The translations under genes and the position numbers were made by a program. Positions 22,846 to 32,308 of a stretch of DNA of 59,894 bases are shown here, in pieces. The stretch is from IMG/VR virus record IMGVR_UViG_2974697560_000001; one strand, 5' to 3'. Each line of letters begins with the position of its first letter. Position 1 is the stretch's first letter. Origin of the DNA: a virus (Duplodnaviria > Heunggongvirae > Uroviricota > Caudoviricetes). The notes below the pieces were generated by a model. That model searched no databases. It was given only the letters and a program-made list of their open reading frames with translations, and had not been told where the DNA came from.

Positions 22846-24270
22846 ATGGCAACACCAATGACAGCAACGCAGATTGTTGCTCAGCTCAAGAAGTGGGGAA
22901 TCAAGTACAAGGAAGTAAAGTCTTGGAAGACCCACAACAGAAACTCTGTCGGTGCTTGGGGTGGAATGAACGGATTTATCTGGCATCACACTGGCGCTGA
23001 CGTGACCGCTGCCAAGGCTGGGGAGTATGCAGGAAATATTCTCTACAATGGTATTTCTGGTCTTCCTGGTCCTCTATGCCACTTTGGTCTAGCACCAGAT
23101 GGTATGGTTTACCTAGTAGGATGGGGTCGTGCAAATCATGCTGGAGGTGGAGACCCTACGGTTCTCAATCACGTAATCAATGAAGATTACTCCAGTCAGC
23201 TCAAGCCTACTCGTGGTAATTCAAACGGTACTGATGGTAACGCTCATTTCTATGGCGTGGAAATCATGTATTCCGGAAGCCGCAAGATGACCGATGCTCA
23301 GTACAAGACTGCGCTTAAGCTTTCAGCAGCCATTCTAGATTTCCACAAGTGGACTGAAAAGTCTGTAATTGGACACGGTGAATGGTCTAATGACAAGTGG
23401 GACCCAGGTTATGCTTCTGGAAAGATTATGGATATGGTGAAGGTTCGTGCCGATATCAAGGCAACGAAGGCAGCCGGACCAGGTGGAACAACTCCTGCTC
23501 CAAAGCCAACCCCTACACCTACTCCAACGACCGGAACATATACGGTAAAGAAGGGTGACACTCTATGGAGCGTTTCTCAGGCGTATGACGTATCTGTTGC
23601 AGACCTCAAGTCTTGGAATGGACTAAAGTCCGATGACCTAGCAATTGGTCAGGTTCTTAAGACAAAGAAGCCTGCTACAACTACCCCAACGCTACCTAAG
23701 CCGCCAACAGTTCCTACAATTCCAGTGCCAGTGCCAGTAATCATTCCTAAGTCTCGTGAGACAAAGGATACCATTGTTGCGCAGGCAGCCGTTGCACTAA
23801 AGGCATGGCCTTTCATCAGTGAGATTGAGAAGGCCAAGGGACTTCCAACAGGAATGCTTCTTGCAGTCGGTTCTCGTGAAACAAACCTCACCAATGTAAT
23901 TGGCGACGGTGGTCACGGGTTTGGAGTTTGGCAGCGTGATAACAGATATTGGCCAGTCGATGAATCATATCTTCTCGATGTGAAGAAGCAGGCCGAAGAC
24001 GCTGCAACACTCCTTGCTGACAATTACAAGGTTCTAAAGAGTTGGGATTATGCTGTAGCCGCATACAATGCAGGTGTGGATGGAGTTCAGAAGGCTCTAG
24101 CCGCTCTAAAGTCTGCTGATGCAGCGACTACAGGTGGAGATTATGCAGCAGACGTTCTCGGTAGACTAACCTTTACCAAGGATGTAGCTCCAACAACTAC
24201 TCCAACCCCAACGCTTGAGCAGCGTGTGACGGAGCTTGAGAAAAAGGTTTCCGCACTTGAAAAGAAGTAA
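22846..24270 (+). CDS. Endolysin: amidase-2 + LysM + GH23/lysozyme-like domain
   Basis: IWHHTG, GRANHAG, GVEI, IGHGEW...KWDPG; YTVKKGDTLW LysM; SRETN...GDGGHGFGVWQ. Confidence 0.88.
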   Translation: MATPMTATQIVAQLKKWGIKYKEVKSWKTHNRNSVGAWGGMNGFIWHHTGADVTAAKAGEYAGNILYNGISGLPGPLCHFGLAPDGMVYLVGWGRANHAGGGDPTVLNHVINEDYSSQLKPTRGNSNGTDGNAHFYGVEIMYSGSRKMTDAQYKTALKLSAAILDFHKWTEKSVIGHGEWSNDKWDPGYASGKIMDMVKVRADIKATKAAGPGGTTPAPKPTPTPTPTTGTYTVKKGDTLWSVSQAYDVSVADLKSWNGLKSDDLAIGQVLKTKKPATTTPTLPKPPTVPTIPVPVPVIIPKSRETKDTIVAQAAVALKAWPFISEIEKAKGLPTGMLLAVGSRETNLTNVIGDGGHGFGVWQRDNRYWPVDESYLLDVKKQAEDAATLLADNYKVLKSWDYAVAAYNAGVDGVQKALAALKSADAATTGGDYAADVLGRLTFTKDVAPTTTPTPTLEQRVTELEKKVSALEKK

Positions 24271-24291
24271 GTGATGTGCTATCCTGTGATT

Positions 24292-24390
24292 ACAGCCTAC
24301 GGAAATGAGTCCGAGACTGTCTGGCGACATTCGTGCCGCTAGCTTAGGATGGTATAATTACTGCCAGGGCCCCACTTCGGTGGGGCTTTT
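24292..24390 (+). ncRNA. Candidate ~100-nt structured sRNA
   Basis: Promoter TTGAAA-17-TATCCT (24257-24285), no ORF, hairpins, terminator GCCCCAC-TTCG-GTGGGGC-TTTT. Confidence 0.4.
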
Positions 24391-24416
24391 GGCATGTTTC
24401 GTGATAATATAGAGAC

Positions 24417-26153
24417 ATGTCTTATCAACTACAAGTTCTCACAGATGCTCCATTTTCCTATTGGAAGCTGGACGAAGCAGGCCCAGCCTTCCCGGATTCA
24501 GCCGGTAGCATGAGGACTGCTGACCTTGTTGGGACCATTACTCGTCATCCCGCCCTTGTAACGGGCTCAGGCAAGGCTCTCGTATTGGATAATACGAACC
24601 ACCTGGACATGGACGACCCTGTTTTCAACAAAGGCTACGAGCTACGTCAGTTCACTCTAGAGGCATGGGTGAAGCCCATCAGCCTCACAGGTGAAGTATC
24701 AATCATGAGCCATTCTGGAATCTACGATGGGCTCACCATCACACCTACCCACATCTATTTCAGAACGAAGTATCTGACGGCTGGTAGTTGTGAGGTCTCC
24801 TATGAATACTCAACTGGTAAGTCTTTCCATGTCGTAGGTGTTCACACCAACGCAAAGAACTCTCTCTATGTAGATGGAGTTCTGGTGGCAGAAACAGACC
24901 TGACAGAAGACCAGCAGATTGACTCCTATTCATTCCTTACCTCTGACCTCATTGCTGGCCAAGGAAGTGGAACGATTGCCCTTGACGCTCCAGCTATTTA
25001 CACGAACTCTCTAGGCTCAGAAGCAATCTCACGACACTACTCAAATGGAGTGGATGTCGATACGAGCGAGGCTATCGCAGGATTCAATGATGCAATCTTC
25101 TGGAACTTCACAGACGAAACCAGGAATATTGCAATCAAGAAGGTCTGGACAAGCGATGCTGATTGGGCAGACGCAGTTTTGACGGATGTAGCAGTTGTGG
25201 ACAATACAATCACGCCAAGCTATTCACAGACAGAATCAGAGGTTGTCGAGGATGGATTGATTGTCCCAGTTTACACAAACACTTCGCTACCAGGAGTCTG
25301 GCTGACTTCCCTACAGTTCACTTCAATCCCAGAAGAAACTGTTTCTGATGCGAGAATCAATTGGAAGGGCGAAGGCTCTTACACGATTGAGTATTCTGTT
25401 GACGGAGGAACAACCTGGCTCACGCCATCTGATTCCGGCTCAACAGTTCTCGACAACGAAAGCGTCGTTGACATCAGGGTCACGTTTGATGGTGGAATTG
25501 TTGATGACACCAGCTACGTTAGCTCAATTGAAGTGGTTGCCTATCTAGACAAATACTATCGAGGAAGCCGCTCTGACAGAACTGCATTGATGACCGGTAC
25601 AGGAGTTGTCAGCGATTCATACTACGAACCAATTGAGTATGCTGATATCAATGGCCTCAGAATCATCTCTGGAATGGTTGATATCTCCCTTGACGATTCT
25701 TATGAGGGCGAAGAAGAACCAGGAGACTTGAATGTCAATGGTTTCGATATGTGGGTCAAGGCGACTCCGGGAAACATATTCAATGCTACTGGAATCAATG
25801 TAGAACGCTCAGGAGATACAATTGTCTTTTCTGGATTCAGTGCATTCACTGTGAATGGCCAGTCCGTCACAAGTGGAGCCACTGTCTTTGGCTCAGATAG
25901 CTGGTATCACATTGCTGGAGTATTCTCAACACCGGGAAATTATGCAATGTCTGTCGGAAGCCCCGGCACAGTGATTTCCCAATTGTCCATTATCTATGGA
26001 AGCCTAAGCCTTCTAGGACTACAACAGATGTATGCCGCTTATCTCGGTCTACCAGGTCTTGTCGTAAATGACACTTCAACCGTTGATATCGGTGAGGGAA
26101 GTCCTGCTACCAACTTGTACGCGCATGTCTGGGGAATTACACCAGCAGGATAA
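24417..26153 (+). CDS. Virion protein with LamG/concanavalin-A-like domain
   Basis: YWKLDE, FTLEAWVKP, FHVVGV, LYVDGVLV; beta-rich. Confidence 0.75.
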   Translation: MSYQLQVLTDAPFSYWKLDEAGPAFPDSAGSMRTADLVGTITRHPALVTGSGKALVLDNTNHLDMDDPVFNKGYELRQFTLEAWVKPISLTGEVSIMSHSGIYDGLTITPTHIYFRTKYLTAGSCEVSYEYSTGKSFHVVGVHTNAKNSLYVDGVLVAETDLTEDQQIDSYSFLTSDLIAGQGSGTIALDAPAIYTNSLGSEAISRHYSNGVDVDTSEAIAGFNDAIFWNFTDETRNIAIKKVWTSDADWADAVLTDVAVVDNTITPSYSQTESEVVEDGLIVPVYTNTSLPGVWLTSLQFTSIPEETVSDARINWKGEGSYTIEYSVDGGTTWLTPSDSGSTVLDNESVVDIRVTFDGGIVDDTSYVSSIEVVAYLDKYYRGSRSDRTALMTGTGVVSDSYYEPIEYADINGLRIISGMVDISLDDSYEGEEEPGDLNVNGFDMWVKATPGNIFNATGINVERSGDTIVFSGFSAFTVNGQSVTSGATVFGSDSWYHIAGVFSTPGNYAMSVGSPGTVISQLSIIYGSLSLLGLQQMYAAYLGLPGLVVNDTSTVDIGEGSPATNLYAHVWGITPAG

Positions 26154-26157
26154 CGAG

Positions 26158-26216
26158 AATGGCCCCATGTCGGGGCCATTTTTGCTTAATAACGCTAATG
26201 TCCTTATGATGTCAGT
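26158..26216 (+). promoter_or_regulatory. Terminator plus leaderless promoter
   Basis: AATGGCCCC-ATGTC-GGGGCCATT-TT; TTGCTT-17-TATGAT, 6 nt, ATG. Confidence 0.75.
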
Positions 26217-26552
26217 ATGAAAAAGACCAATATCCAGACAGTTGAAGAGGCCGCTTACGGAGTCTACGTTTGGGAAATGCCTAATGGGCAGTGGGTTGGA
26301 GACGATGAAGGCAACTTCCTCTCCATTGCTGCTATGAAGGGTGACCTCAAGCGTCTAAATGAACTGACCGAAGCTGCCCGTCATTATGGGATTATGGTTG
26401 GTAAGCCACTGTTTCTTTCCGGACATCGAAAGGTCGATGATGAGGAATTCGAATATCAGAAGCAGCGTCAGGCTTTCGGACTGATTCCAGACGAGAATGA
26501 CATTCCAGCTCTCGTAAGTGAGCAGATTTACAAGGAGCGCAATGACCAGTAA
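26217..26552 (+). CDS. Conserved hypothetical protein upstream of portal
   Basis: YGVYVWEMPNG...DDEGNFLSI; coupled to portal. Confidence 0.75.
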   Translation: MKKTNIQTVEEAAYGVYVWEMPNGQWVGDDEGNFLSIAAMKGDLKRLNELTEAARHYGIMVGKPLFLSGHRKVDDEEFEYQKQRQAFGLIPDENDIPALVSEQIYKERNDQ

Positions 26553-28122
26553 TCGAGTTGTCGAAGCAGAGCCAGAGGACGAGAGAGTAATTGAAGTCTC
26601 TCTAGGCAACGAATACAGTCGTGACATCAGTCACGACCCTGACCCATTTCTAAAGTCAGCCGATGAGCTGAACAAGAATCTCGATGGTCTGTCTCGTTCC
26701 TTCAAGATTCGCACCACGAAGTCAATTCAGAAGTTCTATCGTGGTACGGATGGCGCTGCCTCAAAGAAGGAAGAAAGCCAGGAGGTCACAGGATACAATG
26801 CCTTCCAGGTAATGCTTCCTCCGTACAATCTCGACTACTTGGCAAAGCTTTACGAAGTAAGCCCTCCACACTATTCAGCAGTAAAAGCAAAGGTGTCCAA
26901 CATTGTTGGTCTCGGCTTTGACCTTGTAGAGACATCAGCAGCAAAGCGCAAGCTAGATGAACTGGATGGTGAAGAGAAGACCAAGAAGGCTCGTAAGAAG
27001 ATTGAGCTTGAGAAGGAGCGCATCAAGGAATGGATTATTTCCTGTAATGAAGAAGATGACTTCCTAGAGACGCTTATCAAGGTATGGACTGATTACGAGG
27101 TAACCGGAAATGGATACCTTGAAGTTGGCCGAAAGACCAATGGTGAGATTGGCTATATTGGACATGTTCCAAGTACCACCATGCGTATCAGACAGCGACG
27201 TGATGGATTCGTTCAAATCATTTCAAATAAGGCTGTCTTCTTCCGAAACTTCGGAGACAATGAGACAACGGACCCGGTAGGAAATGACCCAAGACCAAAT
27301 GAAGTCATCCACATTAAGAAGTACGCTCCAAGCAATGGGTATTACGGAATCCCTGACATCGTGGCAGCTAAGGCTGCTGTCGCAGGTAATGAGTTCGCCA
27401 CCCGATTCAACTTGGACTATTTCGAAAACAAGGCTGTTCCTAGGTATGTCATTGTCATCAAGGGAGGAAAGCTCTCCCCAGCAGCAGAGCGACGAATCAC
27501 CGAGTTCTTCCAGACTTCCCTAAAGGGTAAGAATCACAGAACTCTGTATGTTCCTCTGCCACCTGATGAGCAGGACCGCAAGACCAGTTTTGAAATGAAG
27601 CCAGTTGAGGCTGGTACTCAGGACAGCTCATTCAACAATTACCGTAAGGGAAATCTGAATGACATCCTCATGGCCCACCGAGTTCCTATCACAAAGGTCG
27701 GCCTTGCAGAGGGAGCAAGTCTAGCAGTTGCACGAGACGCGGACAAGACCTTCAAGGAACAGGTTTGCCGACCAGAACAGACTATTTTCGAAAACAAGCT
27801 CAACAAGATTATGAAGGAAATCAGCGATGTATTCCTCATTCATCTCAACGAGCTATCACTTACTGACGAAGACACTCAGAGCAAGATTGACGAAAGGGCA
27901 ATTCGCAACCAGTGGACTACGCCTAATGAGATTCGTGCTCGTCAGGGTAAGCCAGGTCTTCCAGGCGGTGACAAGATTGTCGAGCAAAAGCCACAGCAGC
28001 AAGCGGAGGCAAGAGCGCAGGCAGGACAAACAAGAACGCGAGACGCACAGCGTTCAGCCGCTTCACCTGATAAGGATGGAGAGGCGCGTCAGCCAAAGGG
28101 TGAAGGTAGAGCAGTTCAGTGA
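26542..28122 (+). CDS. Portal protein
   Basis: PPYNL, DYEVTGNGYLEV, HVPSTTMR, NEVIHIK, YYGIPD, FFQT..KGKNHR, ILMAHRVP, TPNEIR. Confidence 0.92.
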   Translation: MTSNRVVEAEPEDERVIEVSLGNEYSRDISHDPDPFLKSADELNKNLDGLSRSFKIRTTKSIQKFYRGTDGAASKKEESQEVTGYNAFQVMLPPYNLDYLAKLYEVSPPHYSAVKAKVSNIVGLGFDLVETSAAKRKLDELDGEEKTKKARKKIELEKERIKEWIISCNEEDDFLETLIKVWTDYEVTGNGYLEVGRKTNGEIGYIGHVPSTTMRIRQRRDGFVQIISNKAVFFRNFGDNETTDPVGNDPRPNEVIHIKKYAPSNGYYGIPDIVAAKAAVAGNEFATRFNLDYFENKAVPRYVIVIKGGKLSPAAERRITEFFQTSLKGKNHRTLYVPLPPDEQDRKTSFEMKPVEAGTQDSSFNNYRKGNLNDILMAHRVPITKVGLAEGASLAVARDADKTFKEQVCRPEQTIFENKLNKIMKEISDVFLIHLNELSLTDEDTQSKIDERAIRNQWTTPNEIRARQGKPGLPGGDKIVEQKPQQQAEARAQAGQTRTRDAQRSAASPDKDGEARQPKGEGRAVQ

Positions 28123-28583
28123 CACACAAGATTTGGCATAAGACTGACGAAATGGCGAGAGGCTTGAGAAAGCCAATCAACACGGCTGCAATCTCCATCA
28201 TGGGTGTTTATACATTCATATGGGGGTTGTGGCTGGCTCTGCCCTGGGCGACATTTGCTCGTAGTCCAATCTACGGAATGATGTCCAATCTCGCGCCGGA
28301 ACTGGTGTGGGGTGTAGCAGCCATGGCCATTGGAGCAATCATGCTCTATGGTGTGTGGTCCCAGGTGTATAGAGCATTGCACAGAGGAGCCCTCGCAGGC
28401 TTCTACTACTGGTTTGTCATCAGTGGCTTCTACCTCATGGGAAGCTGGCAGTCAGTAGGATGGATAAATGCCTTCATGGTTGCCATCTATTGCGCCTTTG
28501 TAGCCATCAACCTACGAGTCAATAGGAAGCTTGTTGACTCTAGTTTGCATGATAATAAAGAAGTGAATAAGATAAGACCATGA
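28119..28583 (+). CDS. Four-TM membrane protein
   Basis: Four hydrophobic helices; GTGA overlap with portal. Confidence 0.7.
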   Translation: MTHKIWHKTDEMARGLRKPINTAAISIMGVYTFIWGLWLALPWATFARSPIYGMMSNLAPELVWGVAAMAIGAIMLYGVWSQVYRALHRGALAGFYYWFVISGFYLMGSWQSVGWINAFMVAIYCAFVAINLRVNRKLVDSSLHDNKEVNKIRP

Positions 28584-29863
28584 AGATTGAGAAGGCATCC
28601 TGGCATGCCGATGAACACAACGTTCGTCTGACAATGCCAATTGCAAAGTATGATGTGGAGAAGCGTCAGGTAAGTGGATTTGCCACTCTTGACAACTTCG
28701 ACTCTCATGGTGACATTGTTCTAGCAGAGGCTTCACAGAAGGCTTTTGCTCGTTTCCGTGGAAACATCCGTGAGATGCATCAGCCTATTGCAGTAGGAAA
28801 GCTGGTCGATTTCCGAGAGGAAGAGTTCTACGACTCTACGACTCAGAAGTTTTTCCGGGGCATCTATGCGACAGCGTATGTGTCAAAGGGTGCTCAGGAC
28901 ACATGGGAAAAGGTACTTGACGGTACTCTAAGTGGTTTTAGTATCGGCGGTAGCATCGTAGACTCTGAAACTGAGTGGAACAAGGATGCCCAGACAAACG
29001 TACGATTCATCAAGGACTATGAGCTTATCGAACTCTCCCTTGTCGATAATCCAGCTAATCAGCTAGCCAACATTTTCAGTATTGAGAAGATGGCAGATGG
29101 CGACAAGGTAATGAAGGGTATGGTCGTAGAAACCTCCGTAGAGAATGTCTTCTGGTGTCCAGCAGATGAAATCGCAAAGACTACAACCGAAGAAAGTGCA
29201 GACTGCTCCGCTTGCGGAAAGTCAATGCAGAATATTGGTTGGTTCGAGACTGACAGCAACCGACAGGAAGCCGTCAAGAATCTCGTACAAGAATTTACAA
29301 AGTCTTCTGACAAGGACACTGACAAGGGAGGTGCAGAACAAATGGCAGATGAGCGTAAGGACGACGTTGCAGAGCAGGGTCGTGCAGAATCCGAGACTCC
29401 AGTAGAAGAATCAACAACTGAGAATGCTCCAGAGGTTGAGGCTGATGGAACTGTTGAGTCTGATGACAAGGAGACCGCAGCGGAAGTAGATGAGGGTGGC
29501 GCAGAGGAGCCAAACTTCGAGAAGATGCTTGAGCAGGTCCAGGAAACAATTAAGAAGGGCCTAGAGCAGACTCGTGAAGCTACTGCTGAGGAAATCAAGA
29601 CTATCGAGACCAAGGTTGATGAAATCAACAAGGCATTCGATTCCAAGTTTTCTGAGCTAGTCGAAAAGCACGGCGAGCTTAGCGAAAAGTTTGAGAGCCT
29701 TTCCAAGCAGGCTGATGACGTTACAAAGCGTCTAGACAGCGTGGAAAAGGAAACGGCTATTAAGAAGTCCGGCGACGTTGGCACGTCAAAGGAAGAGACC
29801 ATTAGCAAGGCTAAGGGCTCAAAGTGGGGCGGACACTTCCTCAGTGTATCCGACATCAAGTAA
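28580..29863 (+). CDS. Capsid maturation protease fused to scaffold-like domain
   Basis: VSGFATLDN, IREMHQ, GFSIGG, ELSLVDNPAN; acidic coiled-coil C-terminus; leaderless promoter TTGCAT-17-TAAGAT. Confidence 0.88.
   Translation: MKIEKASWHADEHNVRLTMPIAKYDVEKRQVSGFATLDNFDSHGDIVLAEASQKAFARFRGNIREMHQPIAVGKLVDFREEEFYDSTTQKFFRGIYATAYVSKGAQDTWEKVLDGTLSGFSIGGSIVDSETEWNKDAQTNVRFIKDYELIELSLVDNPANQLANIFSIEKMADGDKVMKGMVVETSVENVFWCPADEIAKTTTEESADCSACGKSMQNIGWFETDSNRQEAVKNLVQEFTKSSDKDTDKGGAEQMADERKDDVAEQGRAESETPVEESTTENAPEVEADGTVESDDKETAAEVDEGGAEEPNFEKMLEQVQETIKKGLEQTREATAEEIKTIETKVDEINKAFDSKFSELVEKHGELSEKFESLSKQADDVTKRLDSVEKETAIKKSGDVGTSKEETISKAKGSKWGGHFLSVSDIK
29342..29863 (+). CDS. Putative nested in-frame scaffolding protein
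   Basis: Internal GGAGGTG RBS 8 nt before ATG (MADERKDD). Confidence 0.6.
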   Translation: MADERKDDVAEQGRAESETPVEESTTENAPEVEADGTVESDDKETAAEVDEGGAEEPNFEKMLEQVQETIKKGLEQTREATAEEIKTIETKVDEINKAFDSKFSELVEKHGELSEKFESLSKQADDVTKRLDSVEKETAIKKSGDVGTSKEETISKAKGSKWGGHFLSVSDIK

Positions 29864-29894
29864 TCCAAGAAAAGGAAAGAGGTGAACAAACAAC

Positions 29895-30890
29895 ATGAGC
29901 GATGAGCTAATTGAAAAGGTCATTCGTACCACTGAGGTAGCATCTGGTGGCGGTGGTCTGCTAAACGCAGAACAGTCAAACCGTTTTATCGATTACATGT
30001 GGGAATCCACAGTTCTCGGTACCCAGGTTCGTACCATTCGTATGAGAGCCGATACAGTTGATATTGACAAGCTCGGAATTGGTGAGCGTCTAATGAGAGT
30101 TGCCACTGAGGCAGTTGACGACGGTGTAAACGCCGGAGCAACCTTCTCTAAGATTTCTCTTACCACCAAGAAGCTTCGTCTAGACTGGGAAATCTCAACA
30201 GAGTCCCTTGAAGACAACATCGAGGGTGAGGCCCTTGAGGACCACATTGCACGTCTAATGGCAACTCAGGCCGGTAACGACCTTGAGGACGTAGCCATTA
30301 ACGGTAACACGGCCCTTACCACCGACCCTCTACTAAAGGCATTCGATGGATGGCGTAAGCGTGCACTCGCTGGAGGTCACGTAATTGACCACGGCGGTAA
30401 CGGTGTAGACCGTAGCGTCTTTAACAAGGCTCTTAAGGCAATGCCACGTAAGTACATGCAGCGTCGTAACGGCCTTAAGTTCTTCACAGGTTCCAATGTA
30501 ATTCAGGACTACCTATTCAGCCTACAGAACACATCTGCTGACTATGTTACCCCAGAGGCTATGGCCGCTGCTGGTATCAACAGTGGAGTTCGTACTGAGG
30601 GTCCAGCCGGTTTCACAACTGGTAATGCATTCGGTGTACCTGTACAGGAGGTTCCTCTATTCGAGGAGACTCTTGATGGAGACTACTCCGGAGCTGCTGG
30701 AGACCACGCGGATGTATGGCTAACATTCCCTAACAACATGCTATGGGGTGTAAAGCGAGAAATCCAGGTCTTCCGTGAGTTCAAGCCTAAGAAGGACACC
30801 ACGGAGTACACCATGTACTGCCGTGTAGGTACTCAGATTGAGAATGCAGACGCATTCGTTGTCGTCAAGAACGTCAAGATTTCTGCCTAA
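29895..30890 (+). CDS. Major capsid protein (HK97 fold)
   Basis: GGGLLNAEQSNRFID, KLRLDWEISTESLEDNIEG; position after protease. Confidence 0.92.
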   Translation: MSDELIEKVIRTTEVASGGGGLLNAEQSNRFIDYMWESTVLGTQVRTIRMRADTVDIDKLGIGERLMRVATEAVDDGVNAGATFSKISLTTKKLRLDWEISTESLEDNIEGEALEDHIARLMATQAGNDLEDVAINGNTALTTDPLLKAFDGWRKRALAGGHVIDHGGNGVDRSVFNKALKAMPRKYMQRRNGLKFFTGSNVIQDYLFSLQNTSADYVTPEAMAAAGINSGVRTEGPAGFTTGNAFGVPVQEVPLFEETLDGDYSGAAGDHADVWLTFPNNMLWGVKREIQVFREFKPKKDTTEYTMYCRVGTQIENADAFVVVKNVKISA

Positions 30891-30915
30891 TCCTTACCAG
30901 GTACAATTTAATAGC

Positions 30916-30940
30916 GAAAGAGGGCTTCGGCCCTCTTTCT
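30916..30940 (+). terminator. Terminator
   Basis: GAAAGAGGGC-TTCG-GCCCTCTTTC-T. Confidence 0.8.
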
Positions 30941-30977
30941 GCTTTTCTATGCTACAATCGTCATATGGAGGACATCA

Positions 30978-31379
30978 ATGAGTTTTGAAAAGATGAAGGT
31001 CGATGAGCTGCGTCAGATTGCTGACGATTTTGCAGTGGACATCGACCCAAAGGACAACAAGGCAGTTATTCTCAGCAAGCTAGTTGAGAATGGCGTGACC
31101 TATGACTACTACCAGAAGCAGATTGGTGCAGAAGAAGAAAACCCGGCACCAATTGTTGCTCCAACCCCAACTTTCGATAAGCCTGCGGAGCCTGACGAAG
31201 ATGAGAAGGTTCTTCTTCGCATGACTCGTGACAACGGAACCTTTGAAGTAAGAGGTGTACGATTCACTAAGGCTAACCCTTATGCAATTGTTCGAGAGCG
31301 TGATGCTGACTACATCCTTGAGAAGTACGAGGGATTCAGAATTGCCTCCCCAAAGGAAGTTCGAGAGTTCTACGGCTAA
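30978..31379 (+). CDS. Head-associated protein with N-terminal helix-extension-helix motif
   Basis: MKVDELRQIA...KAVIL motif; GGAGG RBS. Confidence 0.6.
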   Translation: MSFEKMKVDELRQIADDFAVDIDPKDNKAVILSKLVENGVTYDYYQKQIGAEEENPAPIVAPTPTFDKPAEPDEDEKVLLRMTRDNGTFEVRGVRFTKANPYAIVRERDADYILEKYEGFRIASPKEVREFYG

Positions 31380-31380
31380 A

Positions 31381-31435
31381 AGAGACCCTTCGGGGTCTCT
31401 TTGCTATTTAAGCTGAAACAATCTATAATGCAGAC
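31381..31435 (+). promoter_or_regulatory. Terminator plus leaderless promoter
   Basis: AGAGACCC-TTCG-GGGTCTCT; TTGCTA-17-TATAAT, 6 nt, ATG. Confidence 0.8.
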
Positions 31436-32308
31436 ATGGAAATCTACCGAGACACTACAAGCACTGTTACTCTGGAACATCCAGTAACAGGAACCCTAAC
31501 CGCTGATGTATTGCGCGGTGATACAGTGATTTCCGCTAACCAGCCTGTTACCTCAAATGGTAATGTCCACACGACTACCCTTGACTGGAATCTGACTGAA
31601 TACGATGGCACATTGAAGGTCGTCTGGAAGAAGACAGGATTTGAGCGCTCAACATATGTTGATGTAGTGACTCCTATTGTTCCTCTTTCCCAGCTAGCCG
31701 TTCTTCTTGAGGACGTTGCGGAGCAAGACCGATATGATGCCGAAGCTGTTGTCAGACGAATCATCGAGGTATATACTGGACAGAGCTTTGGTAAGTTCAG
31801 GGGAACGAAGGATGTAGCCGGTAACGACAGTAGCCGTCTAGCCCTTCCATCACCCCTCATCTCATTTACAGATATGACCGACAGCGTACTGAGCTACAAC
31901 CCTTCTTCATTCCGTATCACGGGCGAGGGATGGTTCCTTGGCCAGTCTCCAGGAGCATATTGGACTATCAAGGATGCACCCCCAGAGGAAGTCCTTGACC
32001 AATTCAGTGATGGAGTAATTTACGCGCCTGGTACTATCAAGAAGCGAGATTTCACCTATACCTCTGTCTATACCATTACAGGTGACTGGGGATATGAGAC
32101 GGTTCCTTTCCCTGTAGTTCAGGCAGCCAAGATGCTGATTTCTGACTATGCATGTCAGGACTCTTCATACCGAGACAAGTATCTCGAATCAATGAAGGCA
32201 GCAGACTGGAGAATCCAGTTCACTCAGGCAGCTTACGACGGCACCGGAAATCTAAAGGCAGACCAGCTCCTTGACCCATATAGGCTAACCAATATGGTGG
32301 TAATATGA
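31436..32308 (+). CDS. Head-to-tail adaptor
   Basis: Position; RRIIEVYTGQSF, GDWGYETVP..VVQAAKML, LLDPY. Confidence 0.7.
   Translation: MEIYRDTTSTVTLEHPVTGTLTADVLRGDTVISANQPVTSNGNVHTTTLDWNLTEYDGTLKVVWKKTGFERSTYVDVVTPIVPLSQLAVLLEDVAEQDRYDAEAVVRRIIEVYTGQSFGKFRGTKDVAGNDSSRLALPSPLISFTDMTDSVLSYNPSSFRITGEGWFLGQSPGAYWTIKDAPPEEVLDQFSDGVIYAPGTIKKRDFTYTSVYTITGDWGYETVPFPVVQAAKMLISDYACQDSSYRDKYLESMKAADWRIQFTQAAYDGTGNLKADQLLDPYRLTNMVVI

Noticed and set aside
24300-24320. Hammerhead ribozyme resemblance (ATGAGTCCGAGAC)
   Set aside because: Lacks the CUGA start of the core and the GAAA strand
29059-29889. 276-aa Ser-rich minus-strand ORF
   Set aside because: Antisense mirror of the Glu/Lys-rich scaffold region
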